Positions 49,979 to 62,400 are shown, counted from the stretch's first letter. The stretch: 64,000 bases of DNA from Candidatus Multivoradales bacterium (GCA_965248925.1 CBDFLE010000006.1:3232001-3296000); one strand, 5' to 3'. Notes: generated by a model not told the origin, from the sequence alone. Translations and numbers: made by a program.

Positions 49979-52900
49979 TGGGCATACGAGGACTACAAGT
50001 TCTACACCAACGGTGAACCGCTGAGCGGTCCGGGGCGTCCGCGGCTGGAGCTTCAGCTCTCCTCAGGGGTCAGCTCGCGGCGCCTGATCAACACCGATGG
50101 TGGCGAGTTGGGCAAGTGGACCTACACCCAGGTGGTGACCTCGGAGAGTGGCAACCCGCCGGTCGAGTCGATCACCACGGTCCGGGCACCCTCGGGTCAG
50201 CGGACGATCCACTTTTTCTCGACCTATCAGGGGGGCACCACCACGGTCGCCACCGCCAACGAACTCGATCTGGGGCTGCCCTTCACGCCGAAGAACCCGG
50301 TGGGTGAGCGGCGCCTGTCGCAGCGGGTACTCTCTGCCGGCGGCACCGACCTGCGCCGGGTCGAGGTCGGCTATCAGCGCGATGCCGCCGCGCCGCTGGG
50401 TGAGGTGCAGATCCGTGGTCAGCTCAACCCCGCGGCGCGCGATCGTAATCAGAGAATGTTCGTCACCCGCACGATCTACAAGGACGACGGCAACCGGTAC
50501 GCCGAGGACCGCATGTCGGGCTATGACGGCGTCGGCCACTATCGGCGCACGGTGCGCAAGGACAATTTCGACGGGGTGAAGACGCGCAATCAGTTCACCC
50601 GCTACCATCCCGGCGGCATGCCCAACACCGGCCAAGCGTGGATCCTCGGCACCTACACTTACCAGACCACCGTCGACACCGGCGGCGCCACCTTGCGCCG
50701 TGACACCTGCTTCGATTCCGCGACTGGCTTTTTGAAAGTGGAGCGGCTGCGCCAGGCCAACCCCTCGCCAAGTTCGGACGACGTGGTGCGCGCGATGACC
50801 TACGTCCGCGATGCCGCGAGGAAGATCGAAACCGTGGTCGAGCGCCATTTCGGCGGAGATACGGGCGCCGTGGCGGCGCCCGGCGACGTCTGCGCGCTGA
50901 ATCCGGCGCACAACACCAGCCACGTTGCCCTGGAGCACAAGTGGCAGTACGGCTCGGGCCGCTCAAGCCAATACTTGAAACTCGATGGCAGCCGCTTCCC
51001 CTTCTTCGAAGTGCTCCAGACGGTGGACCGGAACACCGGCCTGATCAGTGCGAGCACCGACCGCGCGGCCTTAGTCACCGCTCTCAAGTACGACTTTCTT
51101 GGCCGGCTAACCGAGTCCAAACCCTCCGCCGGCCACGGCGCCTGGACGCTCTACGCCTACACCAACACCTTCAACTCGGCCGGCCCCAAGGTCGAGATCC
51201 GTCAGATCGACCGCGATACCAGCGCCGCGTTGGCCAAGCGCGAGCTACGTTTCGACGGTATCGGCCGGTTGATCTTGGAGCGCCAGCGCCAGCCCGGCGG
51301 GCTGTGGGCCAACCGGGTGACCGCCTACAGCGGCGAAGGCTGGACCCAGAGCGAATCCGAGTGGTACCGCTCCGCGGGCACCGTCCACCGCACTTATTTC
51401 GATCACGATGCCTTTGGCCGGGTGACCAAGATCGTGCCGCCAGACGGCGCTACTCACGATGTGCGAGTAACCTACCTCGGCGACCGGCGGGTGGAGCGCC
51501 GGGGAAGGGTGGGCACTTCAGTAGCTGGCAACGGCAGCGTCAACCAAAGCCAGTTTGCCACCGAAGAGATCTACGATGGCTACGGCCGCCTGGTGCGGGT
51601 ATCCGAGCCCGCGGGCGGCCTGCTGGCGACCTACTTCTACGACTCCGGCGATCGGTTGAAACAGGCTAATCTGAAGGGCGGAAGTACCACCCAGATTCGC
51701 ACCTTCGAGTACGATGGTCGAGGCTTTCTCCTCTCCGAGAATCACCCCGAGGCACAGCAGATCAACTACAGCAACTACGATTCTCGCGGCAAGGCCCGCC
51801 GCCGGGTGCAGGCCGGCGTCGACCTGTCCTACACCTACGATCGGGCCGAGCGCCTGACCTTGGTGCGCGAAGGTTCGGCTGGCAATAGGGTGCTCAAAGA
51901 GCTGACCTACGCCACCACCAACGTGGGCAGCAACCGACGCCGCGGCAAGCTAGAGCGGGCGGTGCGCCACAACTACGTCTTCAGTCCCCTCCTCCCCGGC
52001 AAAGTGCTCGACGCGACCGTCACCGAGACCTACACCTACAAAGGCCGCGACGGCCGGGTCTCGGCCCGCCGCACCCGCGCCGAGGTCAACGGTACGCTGG
52101 TGACCGACTTCAACCAATCGTGGACTTTCGACGGCCTCGGCCAGGTGACCCAGCTGGGCTACCCGCGCTGCTCCGGCATCACCAACTGCCCCAATGTGGC
52201 AGCGCCCTCGCCCAACCGCAGCTTCACCCACGCCCAAGGCTACCTGGTGGCGGTGCCGGGCTACGCCAGTTCGCTGACCTACCATCCAAGCGGTATGATC
52301 GCCAACGTCGTGCATAGCAATGGCCTCACCGATGTTTGGGACGAAGATCTAGGCCGGCCCCGGCCGAGCCGGATCAGTGTCACCGGCACGGTAGCCGCCA
52401 GCTTGGGTGACCATAGTAATGACGGATCCGGAAACCTGGTCCGCCGCCGCTTTGCCGGCGTCTTCGACGATCATTACACCTACGACGGCTTGAACCGAAT
52501 CAAGGTCTTTGAAGACTCCGCCGGCGACCAGGGTTATCAATATGATCAGTTCGGCAATCTAACCGGCATCACCGGGGTCAACGGCCGCACCCTGGCCACC
52601 AATCGAGCCACCAACCGGCTCAGCGGCGCGGTGGTCTATCACGGTCGCGGCAACATCCTCGCCTGGGGCTCGCAGCTATACTCCTACGATGCTTTAGGCA
52701 TGATGAACACCCGCAACTATCCCGAAGACACCTACATCTACACCGCCGGCGAAGAGCGCCTGTGGACCTTCCACTGGCAGGGCTCCTTCGAGAGCCTGGT
52801 CGAGACCTGGACCGTCCGCGATCTCGACGCCAAAGTGCTGTCGATCTTCGAGAATCCCAAAGGCACCAATCCCTGGACCTTTCTCAAGGATTACGTCTAT

Positions 52901-53598
52901 CGCGGCGGCCAGCAGCTGGCACCGACACCGACTTGACGAGCCGCCAGTCGCGACAGCACTTCAGCCTCGACCACTTGGGCAGCGCTCGACTGACCACCGA
53001 TCGTAATGGTACGCCGATCTTCAGCCACAACTACTACCCGTATGGCGAGGAAGTTGGTACCGCTTTTGATTCGGAGCAGCTCAGGCTTACTGGCCATGAG
53101 CGGGACTTTGCTGGCGGGACTTATGATCTCGACTACATGCAAGCTCGACATTGCAGTTCGCAGTTGGGGCGGTTCTTGATTGTTGATCCGGCGGCCTCTT
53201 CCAGAAAGGGCATTCCCCAGAGCTGGAATCGGTTTCTCTACGCTCAGAGTAACCCTCTGAACCTAGTTGATCCGGACGGAGGGAGAGTGAAACAACCCAA
53301 AGACAAACGAAGTCAGAGGGCGATTGAGGCGGTCCGATCTACAACTGACGGGGAGGCCGGATTCCAGATCCCGGAGCGCGCCAGTGATATTTACTCTTTC
53401 TCAAGACGAGACTCTGTTATCTCACCAGTTGACCGAATAAGAGCAAGAACTTTCCAGAAAGTTATCCTTAATAAAACAGGTCACTTTTCTCCAGCATACG
53501 AGGTCCAAGATGGGGTCCTTGTTTGGCTATCTGAAGGTGACATGTTTCTCGATTTTGGAGTGGTGGACAGTGCTGATCAAGCAGAGTCGCCGCGCTGA
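49841..53598 (+). pseudogene. RHS/YD-repeat toxin gene: 5'-truncated, frameshifted near 52920, C-terminus cut at the right repeat
   Basis: YD repeats (YDFLGRL, YDGRG, YDGLNR); core DHLGS, YYPYGE, TGHERD, NPLNLVDPDG in a second frame. Confidence 0.88.
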
Positions 53599-53619
53599 GC
53601 GCCTAGATTTGGGCGGCGA
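53583..53619 (+). repeat. Right 37-bp direct repeat (attR-like)
   Basis: agagtcgccgcgctgagcgcctagatttGggcggcga; includes the decarboxylase stop codon. Confidence 0.9.
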
Positions 53620-55009
53620 TCTCGCGCAGCACTTCCACCGCCAGCAGCACGTCGTCCCGCGTGCAGTCGAACTGCCCCACTTGAAAGCGGATGACGAACT
53701 TCCGGTCGTGGGTTGTTTGGGTGAGGTAGATGCGGCCATCGTCGTTGATGGCGCGTAGTAGGCGTTCGCTGGCGATGTCGGCGTTCTCCCCCGTGGGGGC
53801 GTACTGAAAAGTGAAGAGGGAGAAGCGGCAGTCGGTGATCAGCCGGAAATTGTCGAGAGCAGCGATGGCTTGGGCCGCTTCGCGACTCCACGCTAGATGA
53901 TTGCGGATCCGCTGGCGCAAGCCTTCGAGGCCGTGGGCGCGGAGCAGGAACCACAATTTCAGAGCGCGAAAACGACGGCCCAGGGGCACTGTCCACTCGT
54001 TGTAGTTGATCACCACATCGTCTCGGCCGAGGGTCTTCAAGTAGTCGGGGCGCAGCCCCAGAGTGCGCACCTGTGGGCCAGGGTCGGCGAGAAACTGGAC
54101 CGAGCAATCGAATTGGGCGCCGAGCCATTTGTGGGGATTGAAGACAATGCTATCGGCATCCTCGATGCCGTCCCAGACCTCGCGCAGCTCAGGACAGATC
54201 ATCGCCGATCCGGCCCAAGCCGCGTCGACATGCACGTAAAGATCCTCGGCGCGGGCCACGGCGATCGCCGCCCGCAGTCGGTCTGAAGCTCCGATCGAGG
54301 TGCCGCCGATGCACAGCACCACCCCGGCGGGCACCCGTCCGGCGGCTCGGTCTTCGGCGATCGCTTGCTGCAAGGCGGCTGGGTCGAGGGCCCAATCGTC
54401 ATCGGTCGCCACTTTGACCAGATTCTGCTGGCCGATGCCGGCGATGCGGATGGATTTGTCGATCGAGGAATGGGCCTGGTCCGAGGCATAGATCCGCAGC
54501 GGCGCTTCGCCCGCCAAGCCGGACTCAAGCCCGCGCCAGGCCAGTGCCCGCTCGCGCATGGTCAGCACCGCCGACAGGGTTGCCGAGGTCGCCGTGTCTT
54601 GGATCACGCCGGAGAACCCCGCCGGCAGACCCAGAGCCTGGCGTAGCCAATCGACCATTCGGGTCTCGATCTCGGTCGCCGCTGGAGAGGTCTGCCACAG
54701 CATGCATTGGGCGGCGATGGTATTTGCCAGCTGCTCGGCAATCATCGATACCGGGGCGGCGTTGGCGGCGAAGTAGGCGAAAAACCGAGGGTGTTGCCAG
54801 TGGGTCATGGCGTCGGGCACGATGCGCTCGAAATCAGCGAAGATGGTCTCCATGTCGACCGGCTGCTCCGGGGGCTCGCTGGGTAGCTTGGCGGCGGTGG
54901 CGCCGGGCTCGGTCTGGGCTCGCACCGGTCGGTCGCGCAAGGTCGCCAGGTAGTCCGCGCTCCACTGGGCCGCGCGACGCGCCCACTCGAGGTAATCCTC
55001 TCGCTTCAT
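53603..55009 (-). CDS. PLP-dependent aromatic L-amino acid decarboxylase (group II)
   Basis: THWQHPRFFAYF, SPAATE, AHSS, HVDAAWAG, FNPHKW, LGRRFRALKLW. Confidence 0.93.
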   Translation of the reverse strand: MKREDYLEWARRAAQWSADYLATLRDRPVRAQTEPGATAAKLPSEPPEQPVDMETIFADFERIVPDAMTHWQHPRFFAYFAANAAPVSMIAEQLANTIAAQCMLWQTSPAATEIETRMVDWLRQALGLPAGFSGVIQDTATSATLSAVLTMRERALAWRGLESGLAGEAPLRIYASDQAHSSIDKSIRIAGIGQQNLVKVATDDDWALDPAALQQAIAEDRAAGRVPAGVVLCIGGTSIGASDRLRAAIAVARAEDLYVHVDAAWAGSAMICPELREVWDGIEDADSIVFNPHKWLGAQFDCSVQFLADPGPQVRTLGLRPDYLKTLGRDDVVINYNEWTVPLGRRFRALKLWFLLRAHGLEGLRQRIRNHLAWSREAAQAIAALDNFRLITDCRFSLFTFQYAPTGENADIASERLLRAINDDGRIYLTQTTHDRKFVIRFQVGQFDCTRDDVLLAVEVLREIAAQI

Positions 55010-55019
55010 ACGCTTTAGT

Positions 55020-57392
55020 TTAGCGCCGGCTTTGGGCTGCTGAACCGACGGCGTAGAGGTCGCGGTAGTGGTTGCGGCTGGTCAGCACTTTGGTGAGGTA
55101 GTTGCGGGTTTCCTGGAAGGCCACCTTGGTGAGGTATTCTTCGGGCTCGTTCGACAGGCAATAGCGCTGCCATAGGGCCGCCTGGAGTTCGCCAGCGTTG
55201 TAGGCCGCTATGGCGGGCTCGGTCGAACCAGCGAAAAGCTTGCCGAGTTCAGCGAGGTAGGCGGCGCCGAGGGCGATGGCGACCTCTGGCCGATCGAGAT
55301 CGGCGGGCAGCAGATCGTCGATGCCGATCTTGGGAGCGATCCGCCGTGCCGTCGGGAAAACGAATTGGGTCAGGCCACGGGCGGCGGCGGCGGAGAAAGC
55401 GTTGGGGTCGAAACGGCTCTCTTCGCGAATCACCCCGGCCAGCAGCAGCGGGTCGATGCCGTGACGCTCGGCTTCGCGCAGCAGCGGCAGGCTGTAGCTT
55501 AGCGGGTAGAGCAGCCGCCGGTAGGCGACCGGCATCAGTTGCTGTGGAATGCGTTTGGGAATGCGCTTGGCCAGCACCTCGGCGACGTAGAGCGAGCGGT
55601 GGGTGTTGCCAGCCTGGGCGAGGATCAGACTGCCGGTGTAGGCCAATTCAGGGTCGGCGACCGGGAAGTGGCGCAGTAGCACCGAGGCGCCCTCTTCGAA
55701 AACCCCGAGGGCGAGCAACATCTCTTCGGGCTGCTGCAAGGCCGCCTGCCACAGCGGCCAGCTGGCGGTGGGCCGCAGCTCGAATTTCAAGTAGGGAGCG
55801 AGCTGACGATCCGCGGCTAACAACGCCTCGAGGCGGCGGCGGGTCGCGGCGCCGCGAGGGTGTTCGTCGCCGAGCAGCAACCATGCACGGTAGAGATCCT
55901 CGGCTCGGCTCGAGGCCGCTAGTGCCAAGCCGGAGCGCGCCGCCTGGGCGGCTAGCACCGGTCCTTTCAGGCGGCTGCGCGCGGCTTCGGCGAAGGGGTC
56001 CAGGGGGCGCTGGCGAAGGACTTTCAAATAGCGCTCGACGGCCTCGATCGGCAGACCGGCGGTTTCGGCTCGGCGGCCCTGCCAATAACTCAGCTCCGGG
56101 TCTTTAATTCCCAAGCTAGCGGCCTCGCCGAGCCAGCCGCTAGCTCGATCGGTCCGACCGGTGGCCAAGTCCGAGGTCGCCAGAAAAAGCGCCGCCCGGC
56201 CTTGGGTGCCGCGCCAGCGGCGTTCGCCTAGGGCGGCATAGGCTTGCAATGCTTGATTTTCATTGGCCTGTAGCCATTGCAAGCGCATGAACGACATCAG
56301 CGCCGCGCCGGCCCAGCCGCTGGTCGGGTCGGCCTGGTAGACCAGCTGATACACTGCCCCCGCCTTGGGCCACTGGTCGGCGAGTTCCAGCGAGCGGCCT
56401 TGTTGGTAGAGAGCCTGGGCGCGTCGCCGGGGATCGGCGGTCTTGGCCGCCACCAAGCCGAAAGCGCGGGCCGCGGTCTCGTGGCGCCCTTCCCAGAAGT
56501 GGCTGCGGGCGACCGCGTAGCGACACTCGAAAACCTCGTTTCGAGAGATGTTGTTGGCGCTCGAAAGCTGACCGAGGGTGCGCTGGAGATGGCGCATGGC
56601 ACTGTCGAACTCTCGGTGGCGATAGAAGGCCAGGCCGATCAAGAGATGATCGCGGGCGCTGCCGCCATCGATGCTTAGCGTCTGCAAGCGCTCGGCGGCG
56701 CCACGGGCCACCGGATCACCGCGTTCGGTTTCGAGCAGCTCTTTCAGCAGTTCGCGGGCGCGCTCCGCTTGGTCGCCGCGCAGCGCGCAATCGGCCTGCA
56801 CCAGCTCCAGGCGCCGGCGTTCGGCGACTTTCCAGCCACGGCTTTCCAAATTGCGCAACACCCGGCAATCTCCGCCTTGCTTGAGGGAACGGTGCAGCAG
56901 ATCGACCGAGGGTCTGATCAACACTCGCGGCACTTCGCCGGCCAGCAGAGTGGCGACGAGGCCGGCCGCTACTTCCGGGTGGCCGAGGCGGTCCTGCTCG
57001 ACCGCCAAGCGATAGCGACTGTAGGAACCGAGCTGGGGAGCACTGCTCATAGTGCTGGCGAAGGCTTGCAGAGCTTCGCTGTGGCGCTCCAAGCGCAGCA
57101 GCAGGTGGCCGCGCAAATACTCCAGGCCGAGGCGGCGGGCTTGGTCCGGGTCGCTGCTCAGCCGGGCTTCGACGACCTCCAGAGCGCCGCGGTGATCGCG
57201 CACGATTTGCAGTTCGACCGCCTGGATCCGCAGGTCGAGGTCTTCCGCGGCGCCAAGCTCAACCAGCACCAGGGCGACGGCGCCGGCCACGGCTGTCCAT
57301 CGCCAGTGACGGTGGCTGTGGGGCGGCTGTTGGATGATGGGGCGCATGGTGGCTTTGGCTGTTGGCTCCGCGGCCGCCGCTGCGTGACTCAA
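55020..57392 (-). CDS. Soluble lytic transglycosylase (SLT) with TPR region
   Basis: IREESRF, ARGLTQF, AAYNAG, ETRNY; start uncertain. Confidence 0.9.
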   Translation of the reverse strand: MSHAAAAAEPTAKATMRPIIQQPPHSHRHWRWTAVAGAVALVLVELGAAEDLDLRIQAVELQIVRDHRGALEVVEARLSSDPDQARRLGLEYLRGHLLLRLERHSEALQAFASTMSSAPQLGSYSRYRLAVEQDRLGHPEVAAGLVATLLAGEVPRVLIRPSVDLLHRSLKQGGDCRVLRNLESRGWKVAERRRLELVQADCALRGDQAERARELLKELLETERGDPVARGAAERLQTLSIDGGSARDHLLIGLAFYRHREFDSAMRHLQRTLGQLSSANNISRNEVFECRYAVARSHFWEGRHETAARAFGLVAAKTADPRRRAQALYQQGRSLELADQWPKAGAVYQLVYQADPTSGWAGAALMSFMRLQWLQANENQALQAYAALGERRWRGTQGRAALFLATSDLATGRTDRASGWLGEAASLGIKDPELSYWQGRRAETAGLPIEAVERYLKVLRQRPLDPFAEAARSRLKGPVLAAQAARSGLALAASSRAEDLYRAWLLLGDEHPRGAATRRRLEALLAADRQLAPYLKFELRPTASWPLWQAALQQPEEMLLALGVFEEGASVLLRHFPVADPELAYTGSLILAQAGNTHRSLYVAEVLAKRIPKRIPQQLMPVAYRRLLYPLSYSLPLLREAERHGIDPLLLAGVIREESRFDPNAFSAAAARGLTQFVFPTARRIAPKIGIDDLLPADLDRPEVAIALGAAYLAELGKLFAGSTEPAIAAYNAGELQAALWQRYCLSNEPEEYLTKVAFQETRNYLTKVLTSRNHYRDLYAVGSAAQSRR

Positions 57393-58645
57393 CCTGGCAG
57401 ACGTTCGACCTGGGCACCCAGAGCGTGCAAATTCGATTCCATCGCCTCATAGCCACGGTCGAGGTGGTAGATCCGATCGACCTCGGTGTCGCCGTGGGCC
57501 ACCAGGCCGGCCAACACCAGACTGGCCGAGGCGCGTAGATCGGTGGCCATCACCTTGGCGCCAGAGAGTCTGCTAGAGCCCTTGACGATGGCGTCGGCGC
57601 CCTCGATGTGGATCTCCGCCCCCATGCGATTGAGTTCTGGGACGTGCTGAAAGCGGTTTTCGAACACCGTTTCGCAAATCCGTGACACTCCTTCCGCCTG
57701 GGTCATCAGCGCCATGTACTGGGCTTGCAAGTCTGTGGGGAAGCCAGGATGGGGAGCGGTGGCGGCGTCTCGCGCCTTGATCGGCCCGCGGTGGCGGACG
57801 CGGATGCCATGGGCGTTTACTTCGACCGTCGCGCCGATTTCGCTCAGCAGATCGAGCAGAGGTGCCAGATCGGCGGGCTCGGCGCCGGCCACGGTGACGT
57901 CGCCACGGGTCATTACGGCGCCGATCAAGTAGGTTCCAGTCTGGATCCGATCGGTGCATACGGTATGGCGGGTGCCGTGCAGCTGATCGACTCCCTCAAT
58001 GGTCATGGTGGACTCACCAGCGCCTTTGATTTGGCCACCCATGGCATTCAGGAGTTCGGCCAGATTGACGATCTCCGGCTCGCGGGCGCAATTCTCCAGC
58101 AGCGTCGTGCCGCTGGCCAGGCTGGCGGCCATCATCAAGTTCTCGGTGCCGCCGACAGTCGGCATGGCGAACCGATAGCGGGCGCCGCGCAGTCGTTGGC
58201 AGCGAGCTTCGACATAACCGTGGCTAAGCTCGACTTTGGCGCCGAGGGCCTCCAGCCCGGCTAGGTGTTGGTCGATCGGTCGCACGCCGATGGCGCAGCC
58301 GCCAGGGAGTGAGACCCGCGCCCGGCCGTGGCGGGCGAGCAGCGGCCCGAGCACCAGAACACTAGCGCGCATGGTCTTGACCAGCTCATAGGGGGCCTCG
58401 GGTGGTAGCCCTCTGTCGCTCGGCCGCAGTTCCAGCACGTCGTTCCGGCGTTCGCTGTCGATGCCCAGGTGGGCCAGCAAGCGGCACATGGTGTGGATAT
58501 CTCGGACCTCGGGCACCCGTTCCAAGTGGAGCGAATCGTCGCTGAGCAGGGCGGCGGTCAACACTGGCAGGGCAGCGTTCTTGGCCCCGCTGGCCTCTAG
58601 CGTGCCGGCCAAACGGGCCGGTCCGGTGATGCGTAGTTTCTCCAT
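57389..58645 (-). CDS. murA: UDP-N-acetylglucosamine 1-carboxyvinyltransferase
   Basis: [43 protein letters not shown]. Confidence 0.97.
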   Translation of the reverse strand: MEKLRITGPARLAGTLEASGAKNAALPVLTAALLSDDSLHLERVPEVRDIHTMCRLLAHLGIDSERRNDVLELRPSDRGLPPEAPYELVKTMRASVLVLGPLLARHGRARVSLPGGCAIGVRPIDQHLAGLEALGAKVELSHGYVEARCQRLRGARYRFAMPTVGGTENLMMAASLASGTTLLENCAREPEIVNLAELLNAMGGQIKGAGESTMTIEGVDQLHGTRHTVCTDRIQTGTYLIGAVMTRGDVTVAGAEPADLAPLLDLLSEIGATVEVNAHGIRVRHRGPIKARDAATAPHPGFPTDLQAQYMALMTQAEGVSRICETVFENRFQHVPELNRMGAEIHIEGADAIVKGSSRLSGAKVMATDLRASASLVLAGLVAHGDTEVDRIYHLDRGYEAMESNLHALGAQVERLPG

Positions 58646-58846
58646 GGCAGCAGAATCCTCCCGTGGCTTGTTTGCTACTACACCCTGCCGTGTAACCATG
58701 GCCTGGATAAGGCAGAGTGGTGACAAATCGGCAACAGGTGAGATCGATGCGTCAGGGTTCTTGACACCCCTGTCGGCGCGTCGCTATCCTTCCGCCGCGT
58801 TAATAACAGAATTGCCCTGTCACGCGGGGCAACGGGAGAGCCTCTT

Positions 58847-59494
58847 TTGGCGCAGATCTTCCCGCAATGGGTCAACCGGGTGCCGTTGGTCGGCATCGGG
58901 TCTGTAGGAGTGCTGGCGCTGGTGGCGACAGCTGGCATTTGGTATTTCTTTTCGCCTGAGTTCACCGATGTGGGCTACCAGCCGGAGCAGCCGGTGCCCT
59001 ATAGCCATGCCCTGCATGTCGGTGAGTTGGGGTTGGACTGCCGCTATTGCCATTCCAACGTGGAGCGCGCCGCGATTGCCTCGGTGCCGCCCACCCAGGT
59101 GTGCATGAATTGCCACCAGTTGGTGGCGCGCGACAGCGAGAAGTTGGCGGTGATTCGCGATAGCTTCGCCACCGGCAAACCGGTCGAGTGGGTGCGAATC
59201 CACAATGTTCCGGACTATGCCTACTTCGATCACAGCATCCACATTGGTGCCGGCGTGGGCTGCTCGTCCTGCCACGGCGACATCGCCGAGATGGAAGTGG
59301 TGCGGCAGGTCAAACCGCTGAGCATGGGCTGGTGCCTCGACTGCCACCGCGATCCCGCACCCCATCTGCGGCCCCGCGACCAGATCACCAACACCAGCTG
59401 GACGGCACCAAGAGATCAGGCCCAATTTGCCGCCCAAGCGATCGACCAGCAGCAGCTGGCGCCGCCGGAGGATTGCAGCGCATGTCACCGTTGA
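58847..59494 (+). CDS. actA: Pentaheme cytochrome c, alternative complex III subunit A
   Basis: MAQIFP, TM, QPVPYSHALH, five CxxCH (CRYCH, CMNCH, CSSCH, CLDCH, CSACH). Confidence 0.9.
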   Translation: MAQIFPQWVNRVPLVGIGSVGVLALVATAGIWYFFSPEFTDVGYQPEQPVPYSHALHVGELGLDCRYCHSNVERAAIASVPPTQVCMNCHQLVARDSEKLAVIRDSFATGKPVEWVRIHNVPDYAYFDHSIHIGAGVGCSSCHGDIAEMEVVRQVKPLSMGWCLDCHRDPAPHLRPRDQITNTSWTAPRDQAQFAAQAIDQQQLAPPEDCSACHR

Positions 59495-62400
59495 GCGATC
59501 GTGAGCGGCCGGCCGCTCAGCAGCAGAGCAGTCCGGAAGCAATCGCCTCCGGCGCCAGCAAGCACTTCGGCCCGGAGGCGGTCGCCTCTGGCAGCAGCAA
59601 GCACTATTGGCGCAGCCTGGGTCGGCTACTCGATTCACCGGCTACCGATCCTGCCAGCTGGCCTCCCGGACACGAGTTCCCTGAGGGCGCCTCCGAGCCG
59701 CCCGACGCGCTGAGTCGGCGCACCATGCTGGGTCTGATGGGTTCCTCCTTCGCCCTGGCTGGCTTGGCGGCCTGCCGGCGGCCAGTGGAGACCATTGTAC
59801 CTTACGTGCAGGCGCCGGAGACGGTGATCCCAGGCATCGCTCGCCATTTCGCCACCACCCTGACCTCGGGCAATAACGCCGTCGGCGTGGTGGTCGAGAG
59901 TCACGAGGGGAGGCCGACGAAGATCGAGGGCAACGAACTCTACCCGGGATCAGCTGGGGCGGCGGATGCGTGGACTCAAGCCTCGGTGCTGGGGCTCTAC
60001 GATCCGGATCGATCGCGGGTGGTACGCCACCGCGGTGCGGCCCCGGCCGCTGGCGATCACGGTGCGGACAGTCATGGCGCCGACTCCGCGTCGCCCAAGG
60101 ACGATAGTCTGCAGCTGTCGACCTGGCAGGACTTCGAGACTTTTTGGGCCGAGCGAGCGGCTGAGTTCGAGCGCACGGGGGGCGCCGGTTTGGCGGTGCT
60201 GAGCGCTGCCTACTCGTCGCCGACCCTGGCGCGGTTGCGCGGTCGCTTCAGCGCCCGTTTCCCCCAAGCTCTGTGGGTGACCTACGAACCCGCCGGTGAC
60301 GACAACAGTTTTGCCGGGGCCAAACTGGCCACCGGCACCGACGCACGGCCGGTTTATCACCTGGAGCGGGCACGGGTGGTGGTCACCCTCGACGCCGACT
60401 TGCTGGGTACCGAAAGCGGTGCGGTGGGCCACGCCAAAGGTTTCGCCGCCGGGCGGCGGATGGGCAGTCCCGAGGACGAGATGAACCGCCTTTTTGCGGT
60501 CGAAGGCGTCTTGTCGCTGACCGGTTCGATGGCCGATCATCGGCTGCGGCTGAGGAGCAGTCAGATCGGGGGTTTCGCTGCCGCCCTGGCCGCTGCCGTC
60601 GGCGCCGACGTGACGGCGCCGCAGCTCGCTGGTGAGCCGGCGGCGCGGTTGGCAACCATGGCGGCCGACCTGCGCCGCGCTGGCAGCGCCGCACTGGTGG
60701 TGGCCGGTCGTCGGCAGCCACCAGCGGTCCATGCCTGGGCTCTGCTGATCAATCAGACCTTGGGTTCATTGGGCAACACGGTAGAGCTGTTTGGGCTCAA
60801 AGATTCGGCTTATGGGGGTCCATTGGCCCTCGCTCCGCTGGCTACCGCGATGCAGGCTGGTGAGATCGACACGCTGGTGATGCTGGATAGCAATCCAGCT
60901 TACGACGCACCGGCGGATCTCGGTTTTGCCGCGGCGCTCGCAGCGGTTCCCCATGCCGTTCACCTGGGGCTCCATGTTGACGAGACCGCTCGGGCCTGTG
61001 AATGGCAGCTACCGCAGAGTCATTATTTGGAGGCTTGGGGCGACGCGCGCGGGGCCGAGGGCACCCGCTCGGTAGTGCAGCCGTTGATCGCGCCGTTGCA
61101 TGACAGCCGCAGTGCGGTCGAGCTGTTGGCGTTGCTGGCCGGTGAGTCCGAAACCGTGGGCTACACCCTGGTGCGGGCCAGTTGGAGTGAGGCCGGGGTC
61201 GGTGATGTTGCTTGGCGCAAGCTGTTGCACGATGGTCTCGACAGCGCCGCCGGTGGTGCCGCCTTGAGTGCCACGGTCACGGTCGCTGATGGCGCCCTGG
61301 ACGAGACGGTCTCCAGCGCCGGGTTGGAAGTTGATTTCCTGGTCTCCCTCAGCGTGGCTGATGGCCGCTTCGCCAACAACGCCTGGTTGCAAGAGCTGCC
61401 CGATCCGGTGTCCAAACTGGTCTGGGACAACGCCCTCTTCATCAGCCCCGGAACTGCTGCTGAGCAGGATTTGGCAACGGGTGACCGAGTCCGAGTTAGC
61501 CAGGGCGATCTGGCCATCGAGGCGCCGATCTTCGTCCTGCCGGGTCTGGCCGATGGCACCTTGGCGATCGAACTTGGCTTCGGCCGTCAGGCCGCTGGGC
61601 GGGTCGGCGACGGGGTCGGAGTCGATGCTTATGCTCTGCGCACGGTGGCGGCACCGTGGACTGTCGGCGGAGTACAGCTGAAGAAGATCAGCGGCCACCA
61701 AGAATTGGTCCAGACCCAGGAGCACGGCTCGATGGAGGGGCGCCCGCTGGTGCGCGAGAGCACCCTCGATGAATACCGAGCCCATCCCCATTTCGCCAGG
61801 GAGATGGTCGAGAGGCTGCCGCGGTCGCAGCTGTTCCCAGATTTTGACTACAGCGAAGGTCCCCAATGGGGCATGTCGATCGACCTCAACTCCTGCACCG
61901 GTTGCAACGCTTGTGTGGTGGCTTGTCAGGCGGAGAACAACATTCCGGTGGTCGGCCGCGACCAGATCAACCGTGGCCGGGAAATGCACTGGCTGCGGAT
62001 CGACCGCTATTTCGCTGGAGATCTCAGCGATCCCGAGGTGGTGTTCCAGCCGATTCCTTGCATGCACTGCGAGAATGCCCCCTGCGAGCAAGTCTGCCCG
62101 GTGGCCGCCACTGTGCACGATCGCAATGGCATCAACGCGATGGTCTACAACCGCTGTATCGGCACTCGCTACTGTTCGAACAACTGTCCTTATAAAGTGC
62201 GTCGATTCAATTTCTTCAACTACACCAAGGACACCCCCGAGCTGGTCAAGATGGCGATGAATCCGGATGTCTCGGTACGCTCGCGCGGGGTGATGGAGAA
62301 GTGCTCCTACTGCAACCAGCGGATCAATGAGGCGCAGATCGTCGCCAAACGTGCCGGACGGCCGCTGGTCGATGGCGATATCCAGACCGCTTGTCAGCAG

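Larger units (their letters stand above)
45239..53582. mobile_element. ~8.3 kb genomic island with no recognisable integrase
   Basis: Flanked by direct repeats; patches of visibly lower GC; regulator, secreted proteins and RHS fragments. Confidence 0.8.

Noticed and set aside
53262-53282. RHS VDPDG motif resembling the small-peptide DPxG motif
   Set aside because: It is the standard RHS autocleavage motif; the similarity is probably coincidental
59536-59606. Short tandem repeat in the actB 5' region (PEAIASGASKH/PEAVASGSSKH)
   Set aside because: In-frame duplication in a variable leader; no sign of a separate function
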